Counted from the first letter of the stretch, positions 1 through 11,540 are shown. The stretch is 64,000 nucleotides of DNA from Chloroflexota bacterium (GCA_965221905.1 OZ244922.1:1184001-1248000); one strand, 5' to 3'. Notes: generated by a model from the letters alone, not told the origin. Numbers and translations are program-made.

Positions 1-139
1 CAAAATACGCCAAGCTAGTCACCTCCGCCGCGAGAGGCGCGGTGTGTGAATAAACGGCCCAAGGTGTCAATATCGCGCTATGCTGGCCCATTCCTTGTGG
101 AGTAAGTCATCGCTTACGTAGAATTGCAGAACCATCCGT

Positions 140-164
140 GTAGGGGTACCCCTTGTGGGTACCC
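140..164 (+). repeat. GTAG-type REP-like palindrome
   Basis: GTAG followed by the hairpin GGGTACCC-cttgt-GGGTACCC. Confidence 0.7.
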
Positions 165-224
165 AATGCGCTTGGAGCTAGAAGCAATCACCCACTTAGG
201 CAAGGCGCTTAGTTGGTGTGAGAG

Positions 225-398
225 ATGAAGAACTGCGACCTCGTTAGTCAGGCAAGTCTGCGGACGGAACTGCAGGCGCTAGAATTACGCTTGCGCGCCG
301 AACTTGAACAGCGCCTCAACCGCCAGACCATGCAACTGGCAATGATCTTCGTTGCGGCGCTAGGGGTTGCGGTGGCGATCCTGAAGTGGATTCCGTGA
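225..398 (+). CDS. Small coiled-coil protein with C-terminal transmembrane anchor (DUF1640/CCDC90-like, possibly a remnant), 57 aa
   Basis: Read by hand, not in the ORF track: MKNCDLVSQASLRTELQALELRLRAELEQRLNRQTMQLAMIFVAALGVAVAILKWIP. Confidence 0.5.
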   Translation: MKNCDLVSQASLRTELQALELRLRAELEQRLNRQTMQLAMIFVAALGVAVAILKWIP

Positions 399-438
399 GC
401 GCGCCTTACCCGCTAAGCTCAGTTTTCTTTCTCTGATT

Positions 439-463
439 GGCGCAGGTTTCAAACCTGCGCTAC
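439..463 (-). repeat. GTAG-type REP-like palindrome
   Basis: GGCGCAGGTTTCAAACCTGCGCTAC; near-identical copy at 36271-36295, variants at 4993-5017 and 29600-29624. Confidence 0.8.
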
Positions 464-517
464 CGTTTTTGCTGGCGGCAGCGCGCAGCATCGAATCCTC
501 CGTTGCAGGCAAGTCAT

Positions 518-546
518 GTAGGGGCACGACATGTCGTGCCTTTACA
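518..546 (+). repeat. GTAG-type REP-like palindrome
   Basis: GTAGGGGCACGACATGTCGTGCCTTTAC. Confidence 0.75.
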
Positions 547-769
547 TCGCGCGGACAGCCAACGCACGACCTTGTCTTTCCTGCGTAAAGTGGCTCTTGG
601 GCATACTTGAGCAGAAGAAAGTGACTCTCTCACTCAGGTGAGAAAGCTAGGATGATGGGGTATTCCTTCAATCCTGTCTAGCCTCAGAGGATTGTTGGAC
701 GTACGCAAAAACTGCCCTATACCTGAATGAGGGTTCTCCGCAAACGGGTGCACATCTTTGCCCCACGCG

Positions 770-1080
770 TCAGGCGCGAGTGCAACGGTACCGGTTGGGG
801 TTATCGTAGAAAGCAGACTCCGCTGTCTCGTAGGCAGCCTTAATGTAGAGTTTTAGCAGGCTGTCCGGCCCTGACCACGAGGCGAGAGCAATGCTGGCGG
901 CCAGTGTGCCCGGCGCCCTTTCTTCAACTGCTATAGCCCAGGCGCGCTCCTCCGCCGAGGCGGCGTTCAAGTACAACACCCGGCGCTCAGAGACGCCTTG
1001 GGATGACTTCATGCAAAGAGCCGTAGGAGTGGCCTAGTGCTGCCCCGCAGTCTTCCAACACGGTGGATGACTCTCTCCAT
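770..1080 (-). pseudogene. Degraded paralogous copy of the C-terminal domain of the 568-aa lipoprotein
   Basis: ERAWAIAVEERAPGTLAASI...AYETAESAFYDNPNRYRC matches ARSWVIEAEERSPGTLRANI...IYEQAEEALYENPNLYRC; upstream pieces MERVI and HEVIP lie in other frames. Confidence 0.65.
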
Positions 1081-1270
1081 GTCGCAGATGATGCACAAGT
1101 GCTTGTGTTCGCGCCTAAAGACGTTCCAGATGAAGGCAAAGGGGGGCATGCGCTCATTATATTGTTGCCTGGCTTGCGTTACTTCGCACCCAGTGTGCCC
1201 CTTGGCGCGATCGTGGGGACAGTCTAAGATAACATCAGACATGTCTAACAAACTCCTTGTCATGTTGGAG

Positions 1271-1299
1271 AAAGCCGCCAGGTATGAACTGGCGGCTTT
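1271..1299 (-). terminator. Intrinsic terminator-like hairpin
   Basis: AAAGCCGCCAG-gtatgaa-CTGGCGGCTTT just downstream of the 1332..3038 gene. Confidence 0.6.
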
Positions 1300-1331
1300 C
1301 CCTTTTGTATTATTCCTATTCTAGCAGAGAA

Positions 1332-3038
1332 TCAACCTACGCAGCGATAGAGATTCGGGTTCTCGTAGAGCGCCTCCTCCGCTTGCTCATAGATCGTGGG
1401 CAAGACGTACTGCACAATTTCTTGTGGGGTTACTGCCGCACGTATATTGGCGCGCAGTGTTCCCGGAGACCTTTCCTCAGCTTCTATAACCCAGGAGCGC
1501 GCATCCTCGGAAACGCTGCAAGGATCAGCCAGGTAGTTGGTAAGCCACGTGTCAGCGAGTTGGAGGTAGTGCCTGGGTTCTCTGAAGTACGCCTGCCCGA
1601 ATGCGTCTATGCCGGCAAGTGCATGGTCACTCTCAGGGCCGCCCACTGCCCACAAGTGAATTATGTATACTGTGGGCAGTGCGTCGATGTTGCGAGCGTA
1701 CGCGGCCACCAGCATTCCCGCTACACTACCGCCAGGATTCACTTCGTGGATTTCCGCCAGCACCCTTTTCGCAAATATGTCGAGGAAGCGGAAGACGTGC
1801 TCCATTCTCGCAGAGTCGAAGCCCCCTGGCGCTGGTGTCGGTGTAGGCGTAAGCGTTGGCGCCGGGGTCGGAGTAGGGTGCAGCGCTATGGGCGTAGGCG
1901 TCGGCGTGGACGGCGCACCGAATTGCCCGCAGAATTGCCGAAAGTAGAGAATGCCCCGCACCCAATGGGGTAAGGCGCCACTCAGCAGGCGTTGCAGGAT
2001 TTGGTTGAGAAACGCTTCTTGGAGATTTGGGCTCGGCTTGCCACTACTGCCAAAGAATTCTTGCCAAAGGGCGGCCCGCGCGTGATAGGCGGCTTGTATC
2101 TCCTGGTAACAGGCATCCTCAGAATCCGGATCCCCTCCTAGCCTAAACTGAAGGCTAGTGACCAAGGTCCCCGTCAACAACGCGGCAAGCGTCTCCGCAT
2201 TTTCACTGCGATGGGCAGTGCCAACGTAAATGTGGTTTTCTTGCACATCCAAGACAGTATCAAACGGTATATCGGAAACGTCGGGCAGGTTCTGAAATGG
2301 CGCGTCGTCGAACGTTACCGTACCTCCTGCCTCCAAGAAATCCGTGGCCAAGAAACCTCCTCCCTCGGAAGAATGTACTAATCGCAAAGCTTCCGCGATG
2401 AGAGCAGCGTCAACATGAGCGTGGAAATTGGCTGCGACTTGACCGGCCGGTGTCTCGGCGATTAAGTGCCATGCGTTGTCAGTCAACCGGAAAGTAACCA
2501 CGACCTCTTTCGTCGGGCAGCAAGTCGGGTCGTTAGGGCCGAGTTGCTTTGTTTGCAGCGTAACGACCCCGTCTGCGATTGCGACCGAGTCAATCCCTAT
2601 GTTGAGTCCTAAGAAGGCGGAGGCAACGTGCCCCGGCGCGCCGTTTTCATTAAGGACTGCGGCGAGGTAGCGAAGCCCGGCGTTACCATCTACCAGCAAC
2701 AGCACCACCACAGCGTCGTCTGTCCCGTCGCCATCGAGGTCGCCGAAGGCGAGCGGGTCCTGTGCGTCAATCCGCTCTTTTTGTAATGATCCGTAAGTTG
2801 GAAGGCCGATCACGTACTCAGCACTTCGCAACGCGTCACGGGTGAGTTTGGGCGTTGCCACCGATGGGGTAGCAGTAGCTTGGGTGGTTTCTTGGTCTTT
2901 GCGCTCGGTATCTTGGCGAGGTTGTGAACCACTGACCTGGGTGCCATTGCCTTCGGCACAAGAGGTCAGTACAACACAGAATGCCAGGCATGCGCCTAGC
3001 ATTACTGTTGCAAGTCTCTTTTTCATCCGCCTACTCAA
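1332..3038 (-). CDS. Multidomain lipoprotein: LppP/LprE-like domain, helical domain, Pro-Thr linker, C-terminal domain
   Basis: Lipobox LTSC after a hydrophobic stretch; GDLDGDGTDDA and GPNDPTCCP motifs; PT-repeat linker. Confidence 0.75.
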   Translation of the reverse strand: MSRRMKKRLATVMLGACLAFCVVLTSCAEGNGTQVSGSQPRQDTERKDQETTQATATPSVATPKLTRDALRSAEYVIGLPTYGSLQKERIDAQDPLAFGDLDGDGTDDAVVVLLLVDGNAGLRYLAAVLNENGAPGHVASAFLGLNIGIDSVAIADGVVTLQTKQLGPNDPTCCPTKEVVVTFRLTDNAWHLIAETPAGQVAANFHAHVDAALIAEALRLVHSSEGGGFLATDFLEAGGTVTFDDAPFQNLPDVSDIPFDTVLDVQENHIYVGTAHRSENAETLAALLTGTLVTSLQFRLGGDPDSEDACYQEIQAAYHARAALWQEFFGSSGKPSPNLQEAFLNQILQRLLSGALPHWVRGILYFRQFCGQFGAPSTPTPTPIALHPTPTPAPTLTPTPTPAPGGFDSARMEHVFRFLDIFAKRVLAEIHEVNPGGSVAGMLVAAYARNIDALPTVYIIHLWAVGGPESDHALAGIDAFGQAYFREPRHYLQLADTWLTNYLADPCSVSEDARSWVIEAEERSPGTLRANIRAAVTPQEIVQYVLPTIYEQAEEALYENPNLYRCVG

Positions 3039-4083
3039 TACTCACCATTTCGCCGGTTTCGGCAGACTTGTACGCGGCAAACACCGTGTGCATGACCTTT
3101 TCGGCGGCGTCGGCGCCGAGGAAGGGTGTGCCGCCGGTTTGGACAGCCCAAACGAAGTTGTCGATGACAGCATCGAAATGCGCCTGTGAACCGCGGAGTT
3201 CGCGGTAGCGGCGTTCGGTGTATCCGGTAGTTGCACCGAAGAGCACTGCGTCAGGTTCCAGTTCATCGGCGACCAAAGTGCCGCGCGTGCCGGTTACTTC
3301 CAGCCAGAGATCGCCGTTGTGCAGATTGCCCGGCACGTGCGCTCGACCGACGCAGACCGAAGCGATGATGCCACTCTCCATCTGTAGATTGAGCAGCGCC
3401 ATGTCCTCAAGGTCGAGTTCGCGATGGGCGCGGTTGTAGTACGCACCGGTGACGCAGTGCACGGCGGTGGCGGCCAGTCCGGTGACATCCAATATGGCCG
3501 AGAGGGGATAAAGCCCGAAATTCAGGAGTTCGCCGCCGCCGTTGGCGACGGGGTCGAAGAAAGTGCGCTCCTCGTCGTCCCACTTCTCGCCGTTGCCGTA
3601 GGTGACCAGGAAGTGGGCGTGCACGTTCACAATATCGCCAAGTTCACCGGCCGCTACGGCGTCGCGCGCTCGCTGGAGCGAGGGGTGACCGATGCGGGCG
3701 ATCCAGGCGAAGGTGCGCGTGCTCCGACGCGCTGCCGCGATCAGTGCGTCGCACTGCTCCAGCGTAATGCCAACGGGTTTGTCCACCAGCACGTGCTTGC
3801 CGGCCGCGAGCGCGCGTAGGGCGAGCGGTGTGTGCCGCGCGTACTCCGGCGCCACGCACACCGCGTCAACGTCGTCGCGGGCGAGAAACGCATTGAGGTC
3901 TGTCGAGTACTCCAGTCCTTGTTCTGATGCAATGGCGCGGTTGAGATCGTGGTAATCCTCCGGGATGTCGGCGTCGTCGGCTATGCCAACCAGAGTTACG
4001 TCAGGGTGGCGCGCAAAGACCGTGGCGTAGTCTTCTTGATGGCGGACGCCGCTTACCAAGCCCACCCGCAGTTTCTCAGCCAT
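3031..4083 (-). CDS. Gfo/Idh/MocA family oxidoreductase
   Basis: ALAAGKHVLVDKP and GGGELLNFGLY motifs; ATG at 4083 with GGAGG RBS. Confidence 0.88.
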   Translation of the reverse strand: MAEKLRVGLVSGVRHQEDYATVFARHPDVTLVGIADDADIPEDYHDLNRAIASEQGLEYSTDLNAFLARDDVDAVCVAPEYARHTPLALRALAAGKHVLVDKPVGITLEQCDALIAAARRSTRTFAWIARIGHPSLQRARDAVAAGELGDIVNVHAHFLVTYGNGEKWDDEERTFFDPVANGGGELLNFGLYPLSAILDVTGLAATAVHCVTGAYYNRAHRELDLEDMALLNLQMESGIIASVCVGRAHVPGNLHNGDLWLEVTGTRGTLVADELEPDAVLFGATTGYTERRYRELRGSQAHFDAVIDNFVWAVQTGGTPFLGADAAEKVMHTVFAAYKSAETGEMVSIE

Positions 4084-4900
4084 TTGCCACCTCCTGCCAC
4101 GCCACACGGCGTCGTTCTTGAAGCGAGCGGTCGATTGCTTGGGCAAGGCGCTCGGCGGTAAGGGTTTGTTCTGCGCACATGAGTGGTTCGTCACGCCCGC
4201 TGCGCACGCTCAGCCAGTGGTCCAAGAGATGGGCGGCGAGCGTGTGGTCGGCGGCCTCGTCGCGTTGGTGCAGCATACCTTTTGTGCCGTACACCATCCA
4301 ATCATCGTGCACCGGGCCGTCCGGTACCTGCACCCAGGTTGCCATCACCTCGGCAGACGGGTAGTGAAGGTTGACGATGATGGTGGTGGTCTCTTTGTAC
4401 TCGGCGCGACTGGCAAAGACCCACTCCGGAGTGTCGTCTATCAATGTGGCTGCAGTAACGAGGGCAACCGTTAACGGCGCAAAGTGCGGGGCCGTGGGGG
4501 CGGATCGGGTTAGCCGTCTCACGGCAACGTAACGCGCCGGGCCTGTTCTCTCTGGGTCGAGCGCCAGTTTCATCGCGCGTACGGCAGGCAACACGAGGCT
4601 CGCAGCGCCAAGGAATGGTGAAGACGAAGAGGACTGGAGAAGCTGCAGTTCGTCCGGCGTCAGCGGTCCGGGGAGACACAGGGGCCGATTAGTTGCCAAC
4701 ACGCGCTGAGCTAGGGTGAGCCGATCAGCGAGGTTCCAGTACAGTATGACGCTGTCGAGCGTCGGATCTGCCAATGCTCCTTCAAGCTCACATGTTTGAA
4801 TCGTGCGGGGCACTCGCTGGTAGCGGTCGCGCCACCGTGTACTAGGGCGAAGCGCCTTTGGGAATGGGCCCACCAGTGCGACCCATGGATAATCGTCCAC
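4076..4900 (-). CDS. Divergent Gfo/Idh/MocA-like protein
   Basis: C-terminal pattern (VYGTKGML; AERLAQAIDRSLQERRRV) resembles the family; overlaps the start of the next gene. Confidence 0.55.
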   Translation of the reverse strand: MDDYPWVALVGPFPKALRPSTRWRDRYQRVPRTIQTCELEGALADPTLDSVILYWNLADRLTLAQRVLATNRPLCLPGPLTPDELQLLQSSSSSPFLGAASLVLPAVRAMKLALDPERTGPARYVAVRRLTRSAPTAPHFAPLTVALVTAATLIDDTPEWVFASRAEYKETTTIIVNLHYPSAEVMATWVQVPDGPVHDDWMVYGTKGMLHQRDEAADHTLAAHLLDHWLSVRSGRDEPLMCAEQTLTAERLAQAIDRSLQERRRVAWQEVANG

Positions 4901-5330
4901 CGCTTGCCTCTCTTGCGCTGTAGGAGTACATAGTTTGTATTAGCCTATCACAAGATGATCGTTAGCGGCAGGCAGCTTGGTCTTGGGCTGCAGGCACAGG
5001 TTTCAATCCCGCGCTACGCGGGTGGGGCCGCGAATGTCATTTGACCAACGCGCGTTTCAGAGGAGCTGACTGCTATTACGGGATGCACTCCCCTGCTCTT
5101 CCAGGAAATGGGGAAAGCGGAAACAATGCAGAAGAGATTGTCTTCCGCTTGCGCGGAAACGAGGTTGAGTGGGATGAAGGCCTTGCTTTGAGCGCAACAC
5201 ATTTTGAAAATGCGATCCCAATCCGATTGCGGACCAGGACTTTCGTAAGTAGAATCCAGCCGCGCACATGAGATTCCAAGTGAGGCCCACCGCGATGGGT
5301 TAACAGCACATGAGACTGCCTGGCAGCGGG

Positions 5331-6125
5331 CTACACGATCAGCCAGCCGCCGTCCACGACCACAGTGTGTCCGACCATGAAGTTGGAGGCCTGGGAGGCG
5401 AGGAACACCGCGACTCCGGCGTAGTCTTCCGGTTCGGCGAGCCGTCCGGCGGGGCAGCGCGCCTGCACTGATTCGACGAAGGCGGCAGTCTCCGGCGTTT
5501 CAGCCAGGTAGCGTCCGCCGCCGATTTGCGTACGGGTATAACCGGGGGCGAAGCCGTTAACTTGGATGTTGTGGGGCGCAAGCTCGACGGCTACCGAACG
5601 GATGAGATTGATCACGCCGCCTTTCGCAGAACCGTAGGCGCGAGAAAGGCCGTGGTGAAACGAAGCGACGAAGCCCACCGCGCTGGCGGTAACGATGATC
5701 TTTCCTTGTTGGCGCGGAATCATTACTTTGGCCGCTTCGCGCACGGTAAGGAACGCGCCGGTTAGGTCAACATCCAGCACGTGTTGCCACTCTTCCAGCG
5801 AAGCATCTATCAGATTGCTGCGTCGTTCGGCCACGCCCGCATTGGCAAAGCAGATGGCAAGCGGGCCGAGTTGTGCTTCGGTGGTAGCCACCATCTGCCG
5901 CATGGCGTCCTCGCTGGTAATGTCCGCCTGGATGGCAAGCGCCGTGTGCCCTGCTTGGGCAAGCTGGCGCGCAGTCTCGTCGGCGCGTTCCGCGAGACTA
6001 TCCACACAGGCGACGCGGGCGCCCGCCTCAGCCAATGCGGCGGCAATTGCTCTGCCGATTCCGCTGCCCGCGCCCGTCACAATGGCGACCTGGTCGTCTA
6101 AATGGAACTGCGCCAAGATGTCCAC
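5331..6125 (-). CDS. SDR family oxidoreductase
   Basis: TGAGSGIG, ANAG and YGSAK motifs. Confidence 0.92.
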   Translation of the reverse strand: MDILAQFHLDDQVAIVTGAGSGIGRAIAAALAEAGARVACVDSLAERADETARQLAQAGHTALAIQADITSEDAMRQMVATTEAQLGPLAICFANAGVAERRSNLIDASLEEWQHVLDVDLTGAFLTVREAAKVMIPRQQGKIIVTASAVGFVASFHHGLSRAYGSAKGGVINLIRSVAVELAPHNIQVNGFAPGYTRTQIGGGRYLAETPETAAFVESVQARCPAGRLAEPEDYAGVAVFLASQASNFMVGHTVVVDGGWLIV

Positions 6126-6409
6126 TACTCTGTTCTCCTTCCGCCTACCGAGTATACACGCTTAAGTGTTCAATGCGGTCTCATTCTCGCGGTTCGCCCG
6201 TCCGCGCCGCAGATTGCTGCCGTCGCATGCAGTGACTTTGGTGGGCTCGTCAATTCACGTAAACGGTGTTCAGGCCGATAGCTCTTCGGGGTGAACCGAA
6301 GTTTGTTCCAGCGCATTCTGGGTGGCATAATTAGAGAGATTGGCAACTCTTGCAAATAGTTAGCAAAAGTGGCTCACCCGGCAAAGAAGGGAAACAACCG
6401 AGGCCGTAT

Positions 6410-7522
6410 ATGCAGAGACGGGTTCATTATTCTCCTCGTTCTCCTCGCCGCGTGCCATGGTGGCGTGTGGTTATTGGCTTGGGCGTGGCAGTACTTCTCT
6501 TGCTCTCGTTTCTTGGGGGCGCGGCGTGGTTCCTGAATCGGGAAGGAGGCTCAACGGCGAGCCCTACGGCAACAAGCGGAGCTCCGCTAGGGGAGAATCC
6601 CGATGATAACTCCGGCGTGAAGAAGAAGATCCTGGAGGACACATCCACTATCGATGATCCCCAAATTCCTGATTGGCCCGAAACGGAAGCCTTCAGCGTT
6701 GTAATTATAGGGGTAGATACGCGCGCAAATGACGTAGGCCGCGCGGATACCATCATTGTGGTGACCGTTGATCCAGAGAAGAAAGCCGCGATGTTGGTCT
6801 CCATTCCCCGCGACGTGGTTTCGATGGTTCCCGGGTATCAAAACCTGCGCATCAATGAACTCTTCGGATACGGCGGCGCGGACCTCGTGATGGAATCGGC
6901 AGAGATTCTGCTCGGCATCCCAATTCAATACTATCTTACAATTGACTTTGAAGGATTTAGGCGTATTATCGATGAATTGGGCGGCGTGGAGATCAACGTA
7001 ATATGTGACATCAACGACTATCGCTTTCCAAACGAAGACGATACAGGTTTCGATCCCTTTATCATCAAGAGCGGTGTGCACCATATGGGCGGCGATACAT
7101 TGCTCCGCTACGTGCGGACGCGATTCGACGATCCACGCGGCGACTTCGGCCGTATCGACCGGCAGCAGCAGGCAGTGGTGGCCCTCAAGCAATTGCTTAC
7201 CTTCCAGAGTCTCGTGAAGGCGCCTCTGCTCGTCGACGAGCTTCACGCGATGGTGGATACCAACTTTCCTATCGCTTCCCAGCGTGTGGTTGGATTGGCA
7301 AGGCTCGGCCTGGCGATCCCGCTGGAGCGTGTGTATAGCGAAGTAATCGACTATGAAGGAAACTTGGTAGACGACGATGAACTAGAATCGGGAGCAAAGG
7401 TACTGAGGCCGAACCTGCCTGCCGTGCGCAGTATGATGCAGGAGAGCCTTGCGACCATGGGCCAGCTCCAACCTCTTGCCGGTCAAGAAGCTACCGTCCA
7501 GCAAGCGGATGTTGAACCCTAG
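6410..7522 (+). CDS. LCP (LytR-CpsA-Psr) family protein
   Basis: N-terminal TM helix; GRADTI, SIPRD and GDFGRIDRQQ motifs. Confidence 0.92.
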   Translation: MQRRVHYSPRSPRRVPWWRVVIGLGVAVLLLLSFLGGAAWFLNREGGSTASPTATSGAPLGENPDDNSGVKKKILEDTSTIDDPQIPDWPETEAFSVVIIGVDTRANDVGRADTIIVVTVDPEKKAAMLVSIPRDVVSMVPGYQNLRINELFGYGGADLVMESAEILLGIPIQYYLTIDFEGFRRIIDELGGVEINVICDINDYRFPNEDDTGFDPFIIKSGVHHMGGDTLLRYVRTRFDDPRGDFGRIDRQQQAVVALKQLLTFQSLVKAPLLVDELHAMVDTNFPIASQRVVGLARLGLAIPLERVYSEVIDYEGNLVDDDELESGAKVLRPNLPAVRSMMQESLATMGQLQPLAGQEATVQQADVEP

Positions 7523-7619
7523 GCAGTGCCGTAGCAGCGTGGCAGCTTCGCTTGGCCGCCGTATTCCACTGATCGATACCATTGATTTGCGCTAGATTCA
7601 CGTGAATAGAGGGAATAAG

Positions 7620-8558
7620 ATGTCCGAAACGCCCGCTCTGCCGCCCATGATATACAACGATGTGCTGCAACTGATCGGGCGCACGCCGCTGGTTCGTCTC
7701 AATCGCTTGCCGGAGCCTGATTCGGCAAAGGTGCTCGCCAAGATCGAGTCGCGGAATCCGGGCGGAAGCGTGAAAGACCGCATCGGCCTTGCCATGATCG
7801 AAACGGCGGAACGAGAGGGCAAGATCAATCCCGGTGACACGATTGTAGAGCCAACCAGCGGCAATACGGGCATCGGCCTGGCGGTTGTCTGCGCGGTAAA
7901 GGGCTACCGGCTCTTGCTCACGATGCCGGAAGACATGAGCGTGGAACGGCGCAAACTCCTCGCTTTGCTCGGCGCTGAACTCGTACTTACACCGGCCATC
8001 GAGGGCATGTCGGGCGCGGTATACGCGGCCCAGGAACTCGTGAGAGAGCATGGCTACTTCATGCCGCAGCAATTCATGAATCCGGCCAATCCGACCGTTC
8101 ACCGCGAAACCACCGCCCGCGAAATCCTGCACGATACTGCCGGCAATCTCGATGCAGTCGTAGCCATGGTAGGCACCGGCGGTACGATCACCGGCATCGG
8201 GCAGGCCATGCAAGAGGAAGCGCCGCACGTGCGCGTGATTGCGGTAGAGCCGTCAAAATCGGCAGTGCTATCCGGGGGGCGGCCGGGCATTACGCGCATT
8301 CAGGGCACGGGCGCCGGTTTTGTGCCGGGCATTCTCGATCTCAGTGTGATCGCCGAGGTAGTGACCGTGGGAGATGAAGAGGCGATTGCAATGGCAGAAC
8401 GTCTGGCAAAAGTGGAAGGCATCCTGGCCGGCATCTCCGCCGGTGGAGCCGTGGTCGCCGCACTAACGGTGGCGCAACAATTGGGCTCAGGCAAGACTGT
8501 GGTTACGGTCATGCCGGATTCCGGCGAACGCTATCTCTCGATGTGGGATATGGAGTAG
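7620..8558 (+). CDS. cysK: Cysteine synthase A
   Basis: NPGGSVKDRI, EPTSGNTG, GTGGT and PDSGERYLS motifs. Confidence 0.95.
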   Translation: MSETPALPPMIYNDVLQLIGRTPLVRLNRLPEPDSAKVLAKIESRNPGGSVKDRIGLAMIETAEREGKINPGDTIVEPTSGNTGIGLAVVCAVKGYRLLLTMPEDMSVERRKLLALLGAELVLTPAIEGMSGAVYAAQELVREHGYFMPQQFMNPANPTVHRETTAREILHDTAGNLDAVVAMVGTGGTITGIGQAMQEEAPHVRVIAVEPSKSAVLSGGRPGITRIQGTGAGFVPGILDLSVIAEVVTVGDEEAIAMAERLAKVEGILAGISAGGAVVAALTVAQQLGSGKTVVTVMPDSGERYLSMWDME

Positions 8559-8613
8559 CGGCCCGCGGCGCACTCGCTGCTACTCGGAATCCCACGCAGT
8601 ACCGACGTCAGCC

Positions 8614-8640
8614 CGTCATTCCGGCGCAGGCCGGAATCCA
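8614..8640 (+). repeat. CGTC-type palindromic repeat
   Basis: CGTCATTCCGGCGCAGGCCGGAATCCA; related copy at 22062-22089. Confidence 0.8.
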
Positions 8641-8772
8641 TATCTTTGTGTCAATGATGCTTGACGCGATTTTTCGCTGGCTATTTAGGCGGATGTCTCG
8701 AACGTATGCCCCGTCCGCTTTGCCGCGCAATTCCCGATAAACAGCAGCTCCTGTTCCGCCCCGACCGAACGA

Positions 8773-9807
8773 CTATTCCGTCGGATGCAGCAGCATCTTG
8801 CCAAATTGCGCCCGCGCAGCCATGCGTCGGTGGGCTTCTTGGGCTTGATCCAGTGGGTAGACCGTGTCGAGCACTGGGTTCAGAATTCCCCGGTCGGCGA
8901 GCGCGAGCACATGCTGCAAGTCGAGGCGATTGCCGCCCATACTGCCGAGAAGACTCAGTTGCCGTGTATAGAGATGCCCTATGTCCACCGTGCCGCCGCG
9001 GCCTGTGGTCGCGCCGCAGGTGACTAGCCGTCCGTTGCGCGCCAGGGAGCGGACGCTTTGCTCCCACGTATCTTCGCCCACGTGCTCGAAGACGACGTCT
9101 ACTCCTCGCCCGTTCGTGATGCGCTTGACTTCGCTTACCACATCCGATTCGCTGTAGTTGATCGTTGCCTCTGCGCCAAGCTCTTGTGCACGGTCGAGTT
9201 TTTCCTTGCTGCCGGCGGTGGCAATGACGTGCGCACCAAGGAAGCGCGCAATCTGCACGGCATAGACGCCCACGCCACTGCCGGCCGCTTGCACGAGCAC
9301 CCATTCGCCCGGTTCCACGCGGGTGCGCCGGTAGAGCATGTGCCAGGAGGTGATAGCGGCGAGGGTGAGCGCGGCAGCGGCGTCGTACGAAAGAGAGTCC
9401 GGAATGGGCACGGCAACTGACGCCGGTACCGTGATGTACTCGGCATAGCCGCCCTGGTTTGGAGCCGTGCCGATGATGTGACCGTTGGCGCAGAGACTCT
9501 CCTCGCCCCGCAAGCAAAACTCGCAGACCCCACAGAAGGCCCAGGGAGAGACCGCAACGCGTTGCCCTTCGGCGACGTTTCGCACGGCCTCGCCTGCCTG
9601 CACGATCTCTCCGGCAACCTCTGAGCCCGGTGTGTGCGGCGGCTCGAGGCCCGGCCGCGCGCCGGTACGCAGCCATATGTCGAGATGGTTCACGCCCGAG
9701 GCATGAATCTTGACGAGGACCTCATCTGCCCCGGGTTCCTGCGTCGGAACAGTATCGAGTTGCAGAGTCTCAGGGCCCCCAAACGAATGAAAGCGTATTG
9801 CGCGCAT
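8773..9807 (-). CDS. Zinc-binding alcohol dehydrogenase / quinone oxidoreductase (MDR family)
   Basis: CGVCEFCLRGEESLC structural Zn site; AAGSGVG nucleotide-binding motif. Confidence 0.9.
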   Translation of the reverse strand: MRAIRFHSFGGPETLQLDTVPTQEPGADEVLVKIHASGVNHLDIWLRTGARPGLEPPHTPGSEVAGEIVQAGEAVRNVAEGQRVAVSPWAFCGVCEFCLRGEESLCANGHIIGTAPNQGGYAEYITVPASVAVPIPDSLSYDAAAALTLAAITSWHMLYRRTRVEPGEWVLVQAAGSGVGVYAVQIARFLGAHVIATAGSKEKLDRAQELGAEATINYSESDVVSEVKRITNGRGVDVVFEHVGEDTWEQSVRSLARNGRLVTCGATTGRGGTVDIGHLYTRQLSLLGSMGGNRLDLQHVLALADRGILNPVLDTVYPLDQAQEAHRRMAARAQFGKMLLHPTE

Positions 9808-9990
9808 AGAGTATTCTCCTCAACCAGGTTCACGCTTTTGTATTCATGACAATGTACTTAGCGGTTTGCACCCGTAGTGTACAGCGCACATGGTACCGCG
9901 TGTGCGGCCAGTCCGCATCCCGCCGGATGGACGGCATAGATCCCAAGAATCCCAGGTGCGTGGCACAAGGGTACGCGCTACAGTGGAAGA

Positions 9991-10014
9991 GCGGGGGACA
10001 AGCCCCCGCGCTAC
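9991..10014 (-). repeat. GTAG-type REP-like palindrome
   Basis: GCGGGGGACAAGCCCCCGCGCTAC; relatives at 29512-29535 and 54386-54410. Confidence 0.8.
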
Positions 10015-10200
10015 ACAAGAGCCCCACCATGTGCCCATGGCCATATTGGTCGTGAGAGTATTGTGGTGGCAATTCAAACCACCGTTCGTGCTGCGTGTGT
10101 CGAAGCATGAACTAGGTCATTTGCAGTCGCGAACAGAACAGGATTCAAACCGATTCTGCCAGTCTTTGGATCTGCAGAGGTAGATATAAGCCGGGAGTAG

Positions 10201-11379
<1,179 letters not shown>

Positions 11380-11540
11380 GCTGCAATAGGGTGACTTTCC
11401 CAGCTTCCCCTGTCTCGGTGGTTTCGTTAAACGCGCGAGTGAGATTCTCTCACCCATTGTAAGATCGTCCGGAATCTTGCAACACAAGCAGATGCCACTA
11501 CCCAAGGGCAGAAAGTTTCCTTTCGCACGGTCAGTGCTTC

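Noticed and set aside
8681-9676. Long alternative-frame and antisense ORFs (here and throughout the window)
   Set aside because: Arg/Ala-rich shadows of real genes, expected in high-GC DNA.
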